DNA from: an uncultured virus (IMG/VR IMGVR_UViG_3300042879_004886)
Taxonomy: Duplodnaviria; Heunggongvirae; Uroviricota; Caudoviricetes
Length of the DNA stretch: 64,000 bases
Reading direction: 5' to 3' (one strand)
Virus record (IMG/VR): IMGVR_UViG_3300042879_004886
Shown here piece by piece: positions 62,301 to 64,000 of this stretch. A program made the translations under genes and the position numbers. The notes beneath the pieces were generated by a model, which searched no databases, was not told where the DNA came from, and saw nothing but the letters and a program-made list of their open reading frames with translations. Each line of letters starts with the position of its first letter. Positions within the stretch are counted from its first letter, which is position 1.

Positions 62301-62372
62301 CTGGAGCGACAGGATTCGAACCTGTAACCAATCCGTTAACAGCGGATTGCACCACCGTTGTGCTACGCTCCA
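62301..62372 (-). tRNA. tRNA-Asn(GUU)
   Basis: ATCCG-CT-GTT-AA-CGGAT; TGGAGCG/CGCTCCA acceptor. Confidence 0.93.
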
Positions 62373-62380
62373 TAGAAGAA

Positions 62381-64000
62381 TCACACTATTTGACAACCAC
62401 CTGCACCGCATGCATATTCTTTTGCGGATTCTGTATTGTCTTCTGCTTCGTATTTAGACAGATCCTTAAAGTTAACTTTAACCTTTGGATGTGCCGAATA
62501 AGTAGCAGAATCAATTTGCTCAAATGGAGCCTGAGCGTATGTATGACTATCTCCACCAGGAAGGAACGAAATTCCTGTTGCCACATCAAAGTTTTCCCAG
62601 AGCCACTGACCGACCTCAAGGAACTCAGAGTCCCTGTAGTTAACGGTGATTGATGGCTTGTGGTGGCAATAGTGTTCCTGATATGTCTTCCACAGATCCA
62701 AGTGATCCAGTGCACGGAGATCTTCCGTGGTGATTGTTCCCTTGGGGGCCTTCATCGCAAAGGTGAAGACCGCTGTGTTTCCTGGGTTGATAACATCATC
62801 TTCACAAGGAACGCCTTGATCCTTCATGAGATTGTAGATTGGATCTTTCTTGTCGATGCGAATTCTACGATAATAATAATCCGCATATCGTGGGTGTAGC
62901 CCTGATGCAGAATCCACCAAGCAAGAAGTTGTTCCCTCTGGCTTGACGCAAGTGATTGACTTGCTTGGGTTGATACCAAGTTTCTCTGCCCACTTGAGAT
63001 TGGTTGCGGTTGCGTGATCACGAAGGGTTTCAAGTAGACGGATCAACTTTGGCTTGCCTTCAAGACCACTGGTAAGTTTGTTGTCATAGATGCCAGTCAT
63101 GCTGACACCCAGCAATCTTTCATCTTCACAGTTCTTCTTCCACTCTGGACGAAGATATGGGAAGTTCGTGAAGGTGGATTGAACGGTTCCTATGATCGTG
63201 GCAATCTCAATCTTCTTCTTCAGAGTTGCTGCAGTATCATCGGGACGAACAACAACAGTTGAAAGATTGCAGAACTCAAACGGCTTGAGAATAATCTCTG
63301 AGCACGGGTTTGTTCCATATTCACAGTTTTCATCGCGGCCCCACTTGGCTGCTTGCTCTTGCAAGGCTCTACGATTAATCATTCCACGCTCACCGCTGTG
63401 GCTGTTGTAGAGTGATGTCCACTCCTCAAGGAATTGACCCATCGGTGGGCGACCACGATACACAGCAGAGTTGTTTGCGTATGAACGGAAACCAGCCTGC
63501 TCCCACCATGCACCACTCTTGCAGTGAGCCATCTCACGATCAGACAAATCGCTGAGAGAAATCATAGCAGAGCGACGAACACCACCAACGATCACAGCAT
63601 TGGCAATGGCACAGCAAATATCATGGCACTCAAGAGCAGTCAACTTGCGTCCTTGTGCGTTGTAGAAAACCTTGACAAGGAATTTAAACAAATTGTCAAG
63701 AGGTGCTGGACCACTGGCGCGGCCACCAAATGTCTTGAGTCTTGCGCCAGCAGGACGAATCTTGCTCAAGTCCCACTTGATGTGGCGACCTGCATATAGA
63801 TGATCCATCAAGAACTTGACGGCATTGCCCCAGCCCTCCTTTGAATCTTCAACAACGTAAGTGACGTTGAAGTGCTTCTCAATCTTGCTTGCAACTGTTG
63901 GAAGTTTGTCTGTGTATTGACGCTCGACAGAATAACCAACGCCAGTACCGTTCATGAGAACAACAAACAACTCAGCAAATGATTCAAGAGAATCAATCGG
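62381..64000 (-). CDS. nrdJ: Class II (adenosylcobalamin-dependent) ribonucleotide reductase; 5' end outside the window
   Basis: GTGVGYSVE, GGVRRSAMIS, GTNPCSEI, FCNLS, TCVKPEGT, C-terminal CGAGGC. Confidence 0.95.
   Translation of the reverse strand, partial: PIDSLESFAELFVVLMNGTGVGYSVERQYTDKLPTVASKIEKHFNVTYVVEDSKEGWGNAVKFLMDHLYAGRHIKWDLSKIRPAGARLKTFGGRASGPAPLDNLFKFLVKVFYNAQGRKLTALECHDICCAIANAVIVGGVRRSAMISLSDLSDREMAHCKSGAWWEQAGFRSYANNSAVYRGRPPMGQFLEEWTSLYNSHSGERGMINRRALQEQAAKWGRDENCEYGTNPCSEIILKPFEFCNLSTVVVRPDDTAATLKKKIEIATIIGTVQSTFTNFPYLRPEWKKNCEDERLLGVSMTGIYDNKLTSGLEGKPKLIRLLETLRDHATATNLKWAEKLGINPSKSITCVKPEGTTSCLVDSASGLHPRYADYYYRRIRIDKKDPIYNLMKDQGVPCEDDVINPGNTAVFTFAMKAPKGTITTEDLRALDHLDLWKTYQEHYCHHKPSITVNYRDSEFLEVGQWLWENFDVATGISFLPGGDSHTYAQAPFEQIDSATYSAHPKVKVNFKDLSKYEAEDNTESAKEYACGAGGCQIV

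Overview
The window is a 64 kb piece of a large T4-like myophage genome. It carries baseplate/tail genes (gp53, gp48, gp26/gp51, gp54, gp4 and a partial gp27-like gene), gp33, gp32, a RuvC-like resolvase, class II RNR (nrdJ), guaC, a CobS-like AAA+/VWA pair, groES, a TrmH-family methyltransferase, several HNH nucleases and 11 tRNAs. The sequence has two compositional regimes. AT-rich late/structural regions use T4-type (TA)TAAATA late promoters. A GC-rich early island at about 22.8-35.6 kb is driven by sigma70-like TTGACA-N16/17-TAnnAT promoters that mostly produce leaderless mRNAs. Most notable observations: (i) six copies of an undescribed ~65-75 bp palindromic element (CTACTATC-hairpin-...-GATAGTAG, usually with GTTATCGGAC) sit between the early transcription units, end in a ~0.9 kb non-coding repeat cluster, and the island is bracketed by an imperfect inverted repeat; (ii) a circularly permuted (two-piece) tmRNA gene with tag ANEMAMAA; (iii) several non-canonical tRNA-like or structured RNAs; (iv) two families of conserved N-terminal leaders fused to unrelated cargo, probably head-packaged proteins; (v) a probable -1 frameshift joining gp26 and gp51. 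A VPSPG-type PEP-CTERM tail hints at a Planctomycetota (Phycisphaerae) host (inference). All family assignments come from motif recognition by eye; no database searches were run.
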